47,936 bases of DNA from Bdellovibrio sp. GTDB taxonomy: Bacteria > Bdellovibrionota > Bdellovibrionia > Bdellovibrionales > Bdellovibrionaceae. The stretch lies in assembly GCA_046318155.1 (NCBI GenBank), contig JBKCUU010000061.1, forward strand, positions 1 through 47,936, read 5' to 3'. Positions 27,018-36,468 of this stretch are shown here, one piece after another. The notes beneath the pieces are model-generated. The model saw only the letters and a list, made by a program, of their open reading frames with translations, did no database searches and was not told where the DNA came from. Every line of letters begins with the position of its first letter. Positions within the stretch are counted from its first letter, which is position 1. The translations under genes and the position numbers were made by a program.

Positions 27018-27206
27018 GTGAATTTAGATTCAAAACTCGTCGACAACGCGAAGCCACTGAAAATGGTCATGGATGCGGCCTCTGATCCAGAATCTGTACC
27101 CGCGGCTGCTGTCAAAAGTGAGTATGAGAAAATGATTCAACTTCTCAAAAAGAGAGGCGCCAACAAGCAGAGACCCGGGAGGCTCGCGCTTGACGGCACT
27201 GTCTAA
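27018..27206 (+). pseudogene. Possible gene remnant (ankyrin-like C-terminus)
   Basis: Short ORF ending AAVKSEYEKMIQLLKKRGAN, resembling a final ankyrin repeat. No convincing start. Confidence 0.25.
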
Positions 27207-27255
27207 GGTTTTGACGGCTCTCTCAAGCAGGAGAGCCTCTCCAGCCGTAAAGTCA

Positions 27256-27272
27256 TGGGCCTAGGCCTTGCT
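27256..27272 (+). promoter_or_regulatory. Possible sigma54 promoter
   Basis: TGGGCCTAGGCCTTGCT gives GG(27258-59)-N10-GC(27270-71), about 12 nt before ATG 27284. Confidence 0.4.
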
Positions 27273-27283
27273 TTAAACCAGGC

Positions 27284-27757
27284 ATGAAAACAATTGTCCT
27301 TTTGATCCTCGCCGTCTTTGTCACCAACGCCTTATGGTCGCTCGTGGCACAGGCTGCCCCGTCCAGCCTTGATGCCCGCCAAGGCGGCGAAAGCCTCTTC
27401 GCTCAAGGCGTGGCCAAGCGCCTCTTAAATTTGGACCGCTCGTGGGAGCATCTCGAGACATCCACCACCGAAATCAAGGCACGCAATGCAGATCTCAACA
27501 ACCGGGGCGACTCCTTCGATCAAACATCAACGTGGTCACGGCTCTACAATCTCGGCAACCCGCAAAGTTCGTTGAATGAATCGCTGCGCCAGGCCTCGGC
27601 AATTTTTTGCACGAACTGGAATGCCTATGATATCAAAACTGAACTTGTTCAACTGATCGAGAACTCGTACCGCAGCTCGTTTCAAGTTCAATCTTCAGAC
27701 CTGCAAAACCTTTCGCCTTTTTTGACTGAAAACAAACCCGGGTGCCAAGCTTTATGA
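27284..27757 (+). CDS. Secreted hypothetical protein
   Basis: Signal peptide ending AQA-A, two Cys. ATGA-coupled to the next gene. Confidence 0.65.
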   Translation: MKTIVLLILAVFVTNALWSLVAQAAPSSLDARQGGESLFAQGVAKRLLNLDRSWEHLETSTTEIKARNADLNNRGDSFDQTSTWSRLYNLGNPQSSLNESLRQASAIFCTNWNAYDIKTELVQLIENSYRSSFQVQSSDLQNLSPFLTENKPGCQAL

Positions 27758-28521
27758 TCAAAGCCGCACTTCTTTTTGTTCCGCTGATTTTTGCTGCTCA
27801 GCTCGCGATGGCCCAGGCCAATGTGAATCGAATCCGTCAGGACTTGTTTCGTGAGGGCTACCAGTCATGGGCCTGGCAGCAAAGCAGCTGCATGGATTGC
27901 GACATCATCTTGATCTCGGCCAAGTCCAAACTGCACACCCCCAAAGTTCAAGCCTTTATCCGTGCTTTGGAGTCCTCAAAAGGCGAGATCCTCTCGCTGT
28001 ACGGATCCAACCCGCAAGAGTACAACTTGCTCGCACAAATGGCGGTTGGGATCTTGGGACGAGAAAGCAAATTTTTTGAAAGCCGCCGCTATCAATTCAA
28101 AGAAGATTTTCCTTGGGCCGTCAGCATCTTAAAAACGGTCAACATGTACCTCGCCGGTGCAGACTCGGCGACGGCCAACAGCCGTGGCCCCACCCAAATT
28201 AAAGTGGTTCCTCAGCGAATCGCTGCCAAATACGGAATCACTCCCGACAAACTCTATATCCCCGAGAATGCGGCCCGCGCGACGATGGGTTTTTTGATTG
28301 AAGCCTTAGGTGAACTCAAACAGCGCGCGCAAAACAATGACTGGGAGTTTGTAACGCCCGAAACTTATGCGGACTATTTGCCTTACATTTATTTTGGAGC
28401 CACCGGCAAACTTCGCAATCGCACGGCGACGCCTGAAACCAATTTGTACATCCGCGAGATGAAGCAGTACATGGGTTGGCTCGAAATGTATGAGCGGCCC
28501 ATCCAACGACTCAATCCTTAA
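27754..28521 (+). CDS. Secreted protein with possible lysozyme/lytic-transglycosylase-like fold
   Basis: Signal peptide ending AMA-Q. AVGILGRES, SRGPTQIK, PENAARATMGFL, LPYIY and YIREM follow the lytic transglycosylase motif order. Confidence 0.6.
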   Translation: MIKAALLFVPLIFAAQLAMAQANVNRIRQDLFREGYQSWAWQQSSCMDCDIILISAKSKLHTPKVQAFIRALESSKGEILSLYGSNPQEYNLLAQMAVGILGRESKFFESRRYQFKEDFPWAVSILKTVNMYLAGADSATANSRGPTQIKVVPQRIAAKYGITPDKLYIPENAARATMGFLIEALGELKQRAQNNDWEFVTPETYADYLPYIYFGATGKLRNRTATPETNLYIREMKQYMGWLEMYERPIQRLNP

Positions 28522-28928
28522 TCATCCCACTGAGCTTTGCCGCGGCCGGATTTAATGTCGCCGCGATGGCGCTTGGTCTCCACTCGCTTGCGCTTTGAAG
28601 ACTTTGTGGGCTTGGTGGCTTTTCTCTTCTTCTGAACAAAAAAAGCACCCGCTAAGAGGCTCTCGAGCTTTTCGAGGCAGCTTTTGCGATTTTGATCTTG
28701 GTCGCGCGACTCTTCGCTGCGAATCAAGAGGTCGCCATCCACCGTGAGTTTGTTTCTGAGTTTTTGTTGAAGAATGGCTTTTTCAAGCTCATTGAAAGCG
28801 GCGCTTTGCAAAGGACTCCAGCGCAAGATCACCGCAGAGTTGGTCTTGTTGACGTTTTGCCCCCCGGGCCCACGGCTGCGGGTCACTTCAAAGGTCATTT
28901 CTGTCCAAGCGATTCTTTCCAGGTACAT
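28518..28928 (-). CDS. arfB: Alternative ribosome-rescue peptidyl-tRNA hydrolase ArfB (YaeJ)
   Basis: RSRGPGGQNVNKTNSAV, RDQDQNR and the basic tail KRKATKPTKSSKRKR...K. Confidence 0.95.
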   Translation of the reverse strand: MYLERIAWTEMTFEVTRSRGPGGQNVNKTNSAVILRWSPLQSAAFNELEKAILQQKLRNKLTVDGDLLIRSEESRDQDQNRKSCLEKLESLLAGAFFVQKKRKATKPTKSSKRKRVETKRHRGDIKSGRGKAQWDD

Positions 28929-28932
28929 AGCT

Positions 28933-29754
28933 TTACGGGTCTACTTTCTGCTTAAATTCGGCCCAAAACGAAGGATGTTCAGTTTTCATGCGATGATCCC
29001 AAAAAGAAAAAAATAAACCATAATTAAACTTAAAATAGCGATGGTGCTGGGCGTGATGAAGGCCGCTAATGACCCAGTCTCCCCACCCCAGTCTTGCTGC
29101 CGAGAGCGGCAGAACTTCAAATCCCAGATGATTGGTAATAGCCGTGATTGTCATCAAGGTCAGGTGAATCAAAATGTGCACCGGGTGCAAAGGTAAAACC
29201 ATCACGATGAGTGGAATGGCGGCCGCATTGATGACAGACTCGACCGGGTGAAACGAAAACGAAGCCCAGGGCGAAGGATGCAAAGACTCATGATGAACGC
29301 GGTGAAAGCGGCGATACACGTTGGGAAGATGGAGCCAGCGGTGCGTCCAATAAAAATACGTGTCGTGCAGAATCAAAAGTAAAACAGGGCCGATAACAAA
29401 AAAGTAAAGCCAGCCGTACTCATCAAAGCTCAAATAAATTTGCGTCCAACCTTTTTGCCAAAAGAACCCCAGCAGCACGCCAAAAACCGCAAAAACCAAG
29501 CCCGAAATCAAGGACCACTTGATTTCAAAGAGCTGCTCCTTTGGCCCCGGAAGCTTCGCATAAATCTGGCGGGGATTCGCACTCGTTGCTTTCTTGCCTC
29601 GATAAAAATAAGCCCAAAATGGTGTCACCATTAAAAAATAACGAAAGAGAACAAAAAACAAAACAACCGCTCCCGCCATTAGCAAGTTTGCAGGCTGACT
29701 TAAATCGATGGGCAAATAGCTCTCAATTTTTTCGAAGTGACCCGGCGAGCTCAC
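28933..29754 (-). CDS. Sterol desaturase / fatty-acid hydroxylase family membrane protein
   Basis: His boxes YWTHRWLH, FHRVHH and HHAQHH, plus SFHPVE and FNYGLFF. Confidence 0.9.
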   Translation of the reverse strand: MSSPGHFEKIESYLPIDLSQPANLLMAGAVVLFFVLFRYFLMVTPFWAYFYRGKKATSANPRQIYAKLPGPKEQLFEIKWSLISGLVFAVFGVLLGFFWQKGWTQIYLSFDEYGWLYFFVIGPVLLLILHDTYFYWTHRWLHLPNVYRRFHRVHHESLHPSPWASFSFHPVESVINAAAIPLIVMVLPLHPVHILIHLTLMTITAITNHLGFEVLPLSAARLGWGDWVISGLHHAQHHRYFKFNYGLFFSFWDHRMKTEHPSFWAEFKQKVDP

Positions 29755-30335
29755 GAAGACCCGTCAGCTTTTTCGGTTTTTACTGGGGGCGCTTTCTTTT
29801 TGACCGGCGTAGGCGCGTTCTTTGATTCCGGTGTCGAAAAGGGCTCGACGTGCGCAGCATTCACTTTGCAACTTTGAATCAGATTGTTGGCGTGCGTGAT
29901 GTAATCAGGACGCTCGTCAAAAACGTCACCAATATCGGGATCGTCGGCAAACACCGAAGGTGGCAATTCTACACCACGGAAGTAAGCGTCGATGACTTGC
30001 ACTTCGTGAATATCATTGGCCATCGCAATATTACGGAAATAACAATCGCAAGTTTTTTCGGGCGTTTCGCCCGGACCAGCTTCTTTCGGATTAATCTTCA
30101 AAACAGTCGTCCGGTGCCGGACGCATGAAATTTTTGATTTATCTGCAGCCCGCTTGTACTCCGCCGGCGTCGACTTTGGATAAAGGCCTCGGTAATCTTG
30201 CAACTCAGGTAAAGGTGTTGTTGTCTTTGTACTCTTGTTTTTCAAAATCAACTGAGCCTGAGCAAGCGAGCTTCCCAACGTGAGAACCAACAGGATTGCC
30301 AAAAAAACATTTTGAGACCAACGGTTCATGCGCAA
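29751..30335 (-). CDS. Secreted hypothetical protein
   Basis: Signal peptide ending AQA-Q, four Cys including CDC, and a low-complexity tail. Upstream TTGACG-N18-TATCCT. Confidence 0.65.
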   Translation of the reverse strand: MRMNRWSQNVFLAILLVLTLGSSLAQAQLILKNKSTKTTTPLPELQDYRGLYPKSTPAEYKRAADKSKISCVRHRTTVLKINPKEAGPGETPEKTCDCYFRNIAMANDIHEVQVIDAYFRGVELPPSVFADDPDIGDVFDERPDYITHANNLIQSCKVNAAHVEPFSTPESKNAPTPVKKKAPPVKTEKADGSS

Positions 30336-30384
30336 GCTCCCGGATCAGGATAGAAGAACGATCGGGGCAGCGTCAAGATTTGGA

Positions 30385-31485
30385 TTAACGAGCATTCGCC
30401 GCTCGGCGCGCGCGCGCGCCAAGTGCCGCACGGCCCGACCCATGCGCTAGCGTATTGGCTCTTCGATCACACTGACCAAGGTTAGCTCCTAGCGGGATAA
30501 TGGCTGCAAATGCCGCTGGATTGTAAGCTCTGGATTGAGTCGCAATCTCAATGTGCAAGTGAGGGACGACGCCGCCGTTTTCACCTTGAGAACCGATGCT
30601 TCCAATCACCGTGCCTTTATCGTAGCAGTTCCCTTGGCGAACTTTGATCGTGCGAGACAGATGACGGTACGTCGAAATACAGTTGGAACCAATACTTCTA
30701 CCCTCCGTTTTTGGGCATTGCACATGATCCATGATGACGGTCGGACCACTTCGTCCCCCCATGTTGCCTGCAGCGCGAACTTTGCCATTCGCCACAGCTT
30801 TTACTCCAGCCCCCGAGGCCCCGCGCCCTCGATCTGACGTATTGAGATCTAAACCTTTGTGTCTCCGAGAGCCGCCATCGCGGGCACTGGCAAAACAAGA
30901 GGTGGCTCGAATGTTGTCCATGGGTGGCGCAAATCCACTTGATCCGCAAGCGCCGGCGCGAGCCTCGCCCGCAGGATCAGGCGTTGTCAAGACATCGGCA
31001 GAGCCCGTCGCCACGGAGCGAGCAGAAGATCCCTTTGATGCGGACGATGCAGGCGATGCCGTCAACCCCGCATCAGCCGTAACTGTGGCGGGAGCCCCGG
31101 CAGAGGCATTCGTGTTCGTCGGACTTGTCGTCCCCCTGGCTCCCCCTCGTCTCCCCATCCCACTCATCAATGCGGGCAAGGCCGCCGCCGCAATCCCCAT
31201 CACCATGGGCATATTGTTATTGGTTGCGGGCGAAGCTGATGGCGCGGGTTTCGCTGCTGCTGGGGGAGTATAGATGGTCGGGCGGTACTGATTCACTCCG
31301 GGCTCATTGTTGCCGTAAAGAACCTCGGGAGATTTGACGACAGCACCATTCGCATCCTGTGTCGGCGCGGGTGCAACCGGTTGGTAGCTCCACGAACCGG
31401 CCTCAACCAGCCGCGCATCAAAAACCATTGCGGCTGCGATGAGCACCAGCATCGATTTCTTTGCGTTGAAGCGAATGCGTTTCAT
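30385..31485 (-). CDS. M23 family peptidoglycan metallopeptidase with Pro/Ala/Gly-rich N-terminal half
   Basis: RHKGLD (HxxxD), VKAVANGKV, STYRHLS, GTVIGSIG and PHLHIE (HxH). Confidence 0.85.
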   Translation of the reverse strand: MKRIRFNAKKSMLVLIAAAMVFDARLVEAGSWSYQPVAPAPTQDANGAVVKSPEVLYGNNEPGVNQYRPTIYTPPAAAKPAPSASPATNNNMPMVMGIAAAALPALMSGMGRRGGARGTTSPTNTNASAGAPATVTADAGLTASPASSASKGSSARSVATGSADVLTTPDPAGEARAGACGSSGFAPPMDNIRATSCFASARDGGSRRHKGLDLNTSDRGRGASGAGVKAVANGKVRAAGNMGGRSGPTVIMDHVQCPKTEGRSIGSNCISTYRHLSRTIKVRQGNCYDKGTVIGSIGSQGENGGVVPHLHIEIATQSRAYNPAAFAAIIPLGANLGQCDRRANTLAHGSGRAALGARARRAANAR

Positions 31486-31520
31486 CAGTCCCCCGAATTG
31501 AATGTCTCAGGCTTGATTCA

Positions 31521-31537
31521 TTCAATAAGCCTGCCAA
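31521..31537 (-). promoter_or_regulatory. Possible sigma54 promoter upstream of the M23 gene
   Basis: Minus strand TTGGCAGGCTTATTGAA, a GG-N10-GA variant of the -24/-12 motif. Confidence 0.35.
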
Positions 31538-31726
31538 TTATTGTCACTCTACAGACGATTAGGCTCTGATTTCTTGTCGACAGAATGGGCACATGTCCAT
31601 AGGCCTTAACAGGTGATTTTTCAATTGGGCCGCCTCAAAACGAGACACTTCACTCATATCACCGCGCCGCAGGGTGCTGCGGGGCCTCAGCTTGAGGCTG
31701 CGCGCGACTTCCTCTATCATTTGCCA

Positions 31727-32341
31727 ATGCCGACCAACTCTTTCTTGATAAAACTTGAATGGATCGAAAAAAATTTCGTCGAAGTTCTGCCCACAAACGA
31801 AATCGTTTTGGATTTGAAGTACGCCACAGATGACAATTTCATGAATGCGAATTTGTACGACAGTTTTGACCGCTGCTTTCTCTCTCAAACGGCCTTCGAA
31901 AAACTGCAAGCCGCCGCCACTGTTCTCAAGAAGCAGCACCCGGAGCTGCAGTTTCGGATTTGGGATGCCCTCAGGCCCGCCTCTATTCAGAGCCAAATGT
32001 TTGAACACCTGCAAGGCACACCCTTCGAAACTTACGTCGCTGCCCCTGAGCCCGGATCGATGCACAACTTCGGCATGGCTGTCGATTTGTCGTTACAAAC
32101 GAAAGACGGCGAGCTTCTCGAGATGGGTACAGACTTTGATCACTTTGCCGAGCTCGCTCAGCCCATCAAAGAAGACCACTTCTTGAAAACCGGAGAACTC
32201 TCCTCGCGTGCTTACGCCCATCGGCTCTTGCTTCGGCGCTTGCTCGAAGCCCAAGGGTTTCAAGTTTTGCCGCACGAGTGGTGGCATTTTAATGCTTTGC
32301 CGGCAGATCAGGTCTACGGGCAATTTCCAAAACTAATCTGA
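31727..32341 (+). CDS. ddpX: M15D D-Ala-D-Ala dipeptidase (VanX/DdpX family); start uncertain
   Basis: LKYATDDNF, IWDALRP, GSMHNFGMAVD, MGTDFD, EWWHF. Confidence 0.9.
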   Translation: MPTNSFLIKLEWIEKNFVEVLPTNEIVLDLKYATDDNFMNANLYDSFDRCFLSQTAFEKLQAAATVLKKQHPELQFRIWDALRPASIQSQMFEHLQGTPFETYVAAPEPGSMHNFGMAVDLSLQTKDGELLEMGTDFDHFAELAQPIKEDHFLKTGELSSRAYAHRLLLRRLLEAQGFQVLPHEWWHFNALPADQVYGQFPKLI

Positions 32342-32357
32342 TACTAAAGGAGTGTTT

Positions 32358-32852
32358 ATGAAGTTACTGATGTTGAGCCTTGCCCTCGCGTTGACTTTGT
32401 CCACGATCCCAGCCCTTGCTGAAGTCGGCGTTGTTGCTCTGGTCAACCTCTCCCCAGCTGGTAATTTTCAAGCCAAAACAAATTCGGTAGTGGGCTCAGC
32501 AAAAATCACTGGTGACAGGGTCTCGGCGACAAATATCAAAGTTCCAATGGACTCGCTCAAGACAGGCATCGAGCTTCGCGACAGGCACATGAAAGAAAAA
32601 TACATCGAAACGACCAAGTTCCCGGATGCCGAGCTCATTGAAGCGACCGGCACCGCAGGCAAAGGACGCGGCAAACTTAAATTTCACGGCGTTGAAAAAG
32701 AAATCACCGGCACTTACAAAATTGTTGGAAACGAAATGCAAGCCGAGTTCCCCATCAAGTTGTCAGAGTTTGGCATCACGGGCATTAGGTACATGGGCGT
32801 TGGAGTCAAAGACGACGTCAAAGTGACTATCACCGTCCCCGTCACAGAGTAA
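32358..32852 (+). CDS. YceI-family lipid/polyisoprenoid-binding protein
   Basis: Signal peptide, SLKTGIELRDRHM, KFPDA, GKLKFHGVEK, LSEFGI. AAGGAG RBS. Confidence 0.88.
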   Translation: MKLLMLSLALALTLSTIPALAEVGVVALVNLSPAGNFQAKTNSVVGSAKITGDRVSATNIKVPMDSLKTGIELRDRHMKEKYIETTKFPDAELIEATGTAGKGRGKLKFHGVEKEITGTYKIVGNEMQAEFPIKLSEFGITGIRYMGVGVKDDVKVTITVPVTE

Positions 32853-33289
32853 GTTTCATCGGCCGGGAAAATCTCCCGCCGTGAACATGATCAGCGGCAT
32901 CTGGCTGTTCGGTACAAAAAGCACAACATCAAATGTTCCATTTATCTGACCTCAGGTCTTCAGAAAACTGACGTTTCCTCGACGAGACTTGAGGATTGAG
33001 ATTTGCGATTAAAGAACAAATATAAAGATGCTTTGCAATGCATATCGTGTGTTTTTTATTGACGTATTTTTTGAAGCTCAGGAATGCCTTGGGCTGCCTT
33101 GTTTTTTTGATTTTTCAAAATATTCTATTTAGTCGCAAGATCTGGTCGCACTCATGAGATTACGCCCTTTAGGGGTGATTTAAAATTCCACTTCTTCTCA
33201 AGCCACAAAGAGCCGCTGAAAAGTCATGATATTTGTTTTTTGTCCAAAGCGAGACAGATCAATTTTTCGATCAAAAACAGGAGGCCCGC

Positions 33290-34195
33290 ATGACAATTCA
33301 AAAACTCAGCAATCAACAAGTTGAACTCAATCTCAAAGATCTCGTTCTCAAGGAGCGGGAACTGCTTCACTCGATCCTTTTGCATATTCAGCAGATTGAG
33401 AGCCGCCGAATTTACTTGGACCGAGCCTACTCTTCGACTTTTGAATACCTTGTGAAAGAACTCTCATATTCGGGCTCAGCTGCTATGCGCAGACTTGAGG
33501 CGGCAAGACTTCTTAAAGAAATCCCCTCGATGGCCGAGCAGCTTGAGTCAGGGGATTTGAACCTCTCTCAGATCGGCGAGCTCTCCCGCGCTCTCAAAGA
33601 CAAGGCCAAGCAATCTGGTGAAAAAGTCAGCCTTGGTCAAAAGCAACAGATCCTTCAAAAAATAGCAGGCAAATCTGTGCCCGAGACCCAAAGAGAAATC
33701 TCACGCGCGCTGGAGCTCGAGATCCAAGAGCCCGAGAGAACCCGATTTCAAAAAGACTCGGTCTCTTTGTCCATCTAGCTCACGCAGGCGCAGTACGATA
33801 AACTGAGCCAGTGCAAGGATCTCGCAGTGCATGGGCTTTCGCAAAAGAATCACAATTTTGATTGGGCCGCGGTGCTCGAGCAATTGGCAGATCAGTTTTT
33901 AGCCAAGAAGACGCTTGAAAGAACAACACCGACGGCAATTGCCGCCGCGGAGTCAAAGCGCGTCAACAAAAGTCTCACGCCCAGAACAAGACAACTGATC
34001 TTACATCGCGACAAGCATTGCCAGTACGTCGATCAAAAATCAGGTCGCCAATGTCAGAGCACCTTCGGCCTCGAGGTGGATCATGGGCAACCCCGCTTTG
34101 CGGGCGGGGATCACCATCTGAATAATCTTCGAGCACTTTGCAAGAAGCACAACCTTCATCGGTACCATCAACAAGCGCAGAGACGGTTTTTCTAG
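33290..34195 (+). pseudogene. HNH endonuclease gene (helical N-terminus, C-terminal HNH) with a single in-frame TAG
   Basis: GGAGG RBS and ATG 33290. LVLKERELL...AYSSTFEYL...AAMRRLEAARLL. TAG at 33776-33778 is followed by the same frame (LTQAQYDKL...). C-terminal RDKHCQY...CQS...LEVDH...NLRALCKKHN. Confidence 0.8.
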
Positions 34196-34198
34196 CTG

Positions 34199-34572
34199 GG
34201 TCGGAGTCTTGATCCTGGGAGACGGTCCGACAACGATGACCCTCTAGGGAGCAGATGTTTGAGGACCACAAGAGTCCGCTCTCTGCCCATAGAAAACCAA
34301 GGCGTCTTTTGATGAGCTCTCTGCGTTTACGTCAGACCAAGTGAACCAGCCCGGCGAGTTTATTGACTAACGCATAAATAAAGGCGCCGAGGGCGGATAG
34401 AATTGCTGAGCGAAAAATGGCGCACAGAGAAATAGCCCCGGAGGCGCGCGGCTAAAGCCACGGCGAGGAGCCATTTCGCGGACGTCACTTTGTAGCCAGC
34501 GAAGACAAGACCAAGGCGTCTTTGTTTATGCGTTCTTAAAGAGGTCGGAGTCTTGGTCCACGGAGACGGTCC
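34199..34572 (+). repeat. 30-bp direct repeat pair (34199-34228 and 34543-34572) bracketing MITE copy B
   Basis: GGTCGGAGTCTTGATCCTGGGAGACGGTCC versus GGTCGGAGTCTTGGTCCACGGAGACGGTCC, 27/30 identical. Confidence 0.8.
34361..34534. mobile_element. MITE/REPIN-like non-coding element, copy B (inverted relative to copy A, right end eroded)
   Basis: TATTGACTAACGCATAAATAAAGGCGC...GAATTGCTGAGCGAAAAATGGCGCACAGAGAAA...TTTGTAGCCAGC...TTTATGCGTT is colinear with the reverse complement of 19132-19312. Confidence 0.85.
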
Positions 34573-34852
34573 TTGGAGTGGTTCCCGAGTTACTGCTCGG
34601 GAGTGCGCTGACTTTCGGAACTTCCAACGTCGTCAACTTCGTCTATCGAGGGTTTAAAGCAAGCGACGAACGCCTTATCCATAAATGGGCCTGAGTTGCC
34701 CAGGCCGGCCTGCATTGCGCCCAAGACGGAGGTTTTCTCTTAGGATAGTCAGGTGTTGACGTTATGCATTGTAGTCCGAGCTTTGCCTCCTTCAGAAGCG
34801 GTGGCTAAATAGCAAAGGATCACCCGGCCCCCATGCCGAGGTTGGAGGATTG

Positions 34853-35806
34853 ATGAAAAAAAAGAACCCTTGGTTGATGTTGTTAGTTTTGCTCTTGGTG
34901 TTTGGTGGATTTTTGACGTTGATCGCCGTCTTAACGGTGAAGCCGTTTTTTAAAGACCGTGGCCTCACGATGAGCAGTAAGTCGATTTTGCATCTGAAGC
35001 TCACAGGCGTGATTATGGACGGAAAAAAAGTGTTGAAGCCGTTGATCAAGTACCGTGACGACAATTCAATCAAAGCGGTGGTCATAGAGATCAACTCTCC
35101 GGGCGGTGTCGTGGGACCTTCGCAAGAGCTGTATGAAGAGATCAAGCGTGTTCGCGAAGAATACAAAAAACCAGTTGTTGCCGTTTCGACCGCCGTCATG
35201 GCCTCGGGTGCTTACTATGCTGCCGTTGCCGCCGATAAAATTTTGGTCGCTCCTGGTACGATGGTGGGTTCGATCGGTGTGATCATGGAATTTACCAATC
35301 TTGAAAAACTTTATGATTGGGCTAAAGTGAGCCGCTTTTCGATTTCGACGGGTAAGTTTAAAGACTCGGGCGCAGAATACCGCCCGATGCGTGAAGATGA
35401 GCGCGCGCTCTTTCAAGATTTGATCAACGATGTTTATGAGCAATTTGTCGCAGCCGTGGCCGAGGGCCGAGAGCTGAAGCCTGAGTTCGTCAAAGAGTAC
35501 GCCGATGGACGCGTGTTTACGGGTCGTAAAGCCACCGAGCTGGGCTTTGCTGATGACGTCGGGACAGTTGAAGACGCTTTTGATCTGGCGGCTGAACTTT
35601 CAGGCCTGGGTGATGATTACGACGTATTTGAACCACCTAAAGTGCGTCCCAGTCTTTGGGATTTGATTTCGAGCGGTGATGACGAAGAGGCGACAACACT
35701 TTTGCCTTGGAAGTCTGCTGACAACAAACTCAACGAAGCGTTGAAGTCGGTTCTTCGCATCGAGCTTTCGAATAAACCCCTGCTCTTGATGCCTGGAGTT
35801 TATTGA
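34853..35806 (+). CDS. sppA: Signal peptide peptidase SppA (S49)
   Basis: N-terminal TM, INSPGG, MASGAYY, GSIGV, TGKFKD, ADGRVFTG. Confidence 0.93.
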   Translation: MKKKNPWLMLLVLLLVFGGFLTLIAVLTVKPFFKDRGLTMSSKSILHLKLTGVIMDGKKVLKPLIKYRDDNSIKAVVIEINSPGGVVGPSQELYEEIKRVREEYKKPVVAVSTAVMASGAYYAAVAADKILVAPGTMVGSIGVIMEFTNLEKLYDWAKVSRFSISTGKFKDSGAEYRPMREDERALFQDLINDVYEQFVAAVAEGRELKPEFVKEYADGRVFTGRKATELGFADDVGTVEDAFDLAAELSGLGDDYDVFEPPKVRPSLWDLISSGDDEEATTLLPWKSADNKLNEALKSVLRIELSNKPLLLMPGVY

Positions 35807-36468
35807 TTGTGACTGAAAAGAAAAAAGCGTCAGATCAAAAATCATCTGCACCAGCAAAAAGTCGGCGCCGAGCTCGCGCGGTGAAGGCAGCCGCAAAGAC
35901 AACCAACTCGCGTTCGGCCGTGGGTTCATCGGCCAGTTTGGTTTTGGGATCTGAGACTTGGCCGCTCGAACGCGATGTCTTGTTTCGGCCGGATCGATTA
36001 AAGTACATTCGTAAACTGATCAAGCAAGAGGGGTGCGTTTTTTGTAACGCCGCCCAAAAGCCAATTGGTTTTGACTCGCTTTGTGTTTTCAAGTCCAAGC
36101 ATTCGATGGTTGTTCTTAATAAGTTTCCGTACAACTCCGGGCACATTTTGATTTTACCTCAGCGCCACTGTGGTGATTTGCTTGAACTCACGCCGGTCGA
36201 GTGGGCAGATCTTTCGGAGCTGATTCGTACGTCGATGAAGGTCGTGAAAAAGACCTACGAGCCAGCGGGATTTAATGCCGGACTTAACCACGGCGCCGTG
36301 GCAGGAGCGGGGATTCCCGAGCATTTGCATTTTCATCTGATTCCGCGCTGGGCAGGTGACCTGAATTTCTTTCCGCTCATTGCCGAAACCAAGGTCGTCA
36401 TCGAGAATCTTGAAACCAGTTTCGAGCGGCTGATCCGTGGATTTACAAAAGTGGGAGGACTCTCTTGA
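35803..36468 (+). CDS. HIT-family nucleotide hydrolase/phosphorylase with basic N-terminal extension
   Basis: GCVFC, LNKFPYNSGH, GFNAGLNHGAVAGAGIPEHLHFHLIPRW. Confidence 0.9.
   Translation: MIVTEKKKASDQKSSAPAKSRRRARAVKAAAKTTNSRSAVGSSASLVLGSETWPLERDVLFRPDRLKYIRKLIKQEGCVFCNAAQKPIGFDSLCVFKSKHSMVVLNKFPYNSGHILILPQRHCGDLLELTPVEWADLSELIRTSMKVVKKTYEPAGFNAGLNHGAVAGAGIPEHLHFHLIPRWAGDLNFFPLIAETKVVIENLETSFERLIRGFTKVGGLS

Noticed and set aside
33776..33778. In-frame TAG as pyrrolysine or code reassignment
   Set aside because: TAG ends other genes in the window, including this gene's final stop, and there are no pyl genes here.
34199..34572. 30-bp direct repeats as a CRISPR array
   Set aside because: There are only two copies, 344 bp apart, with no regular spacers and no cas genes in the window.
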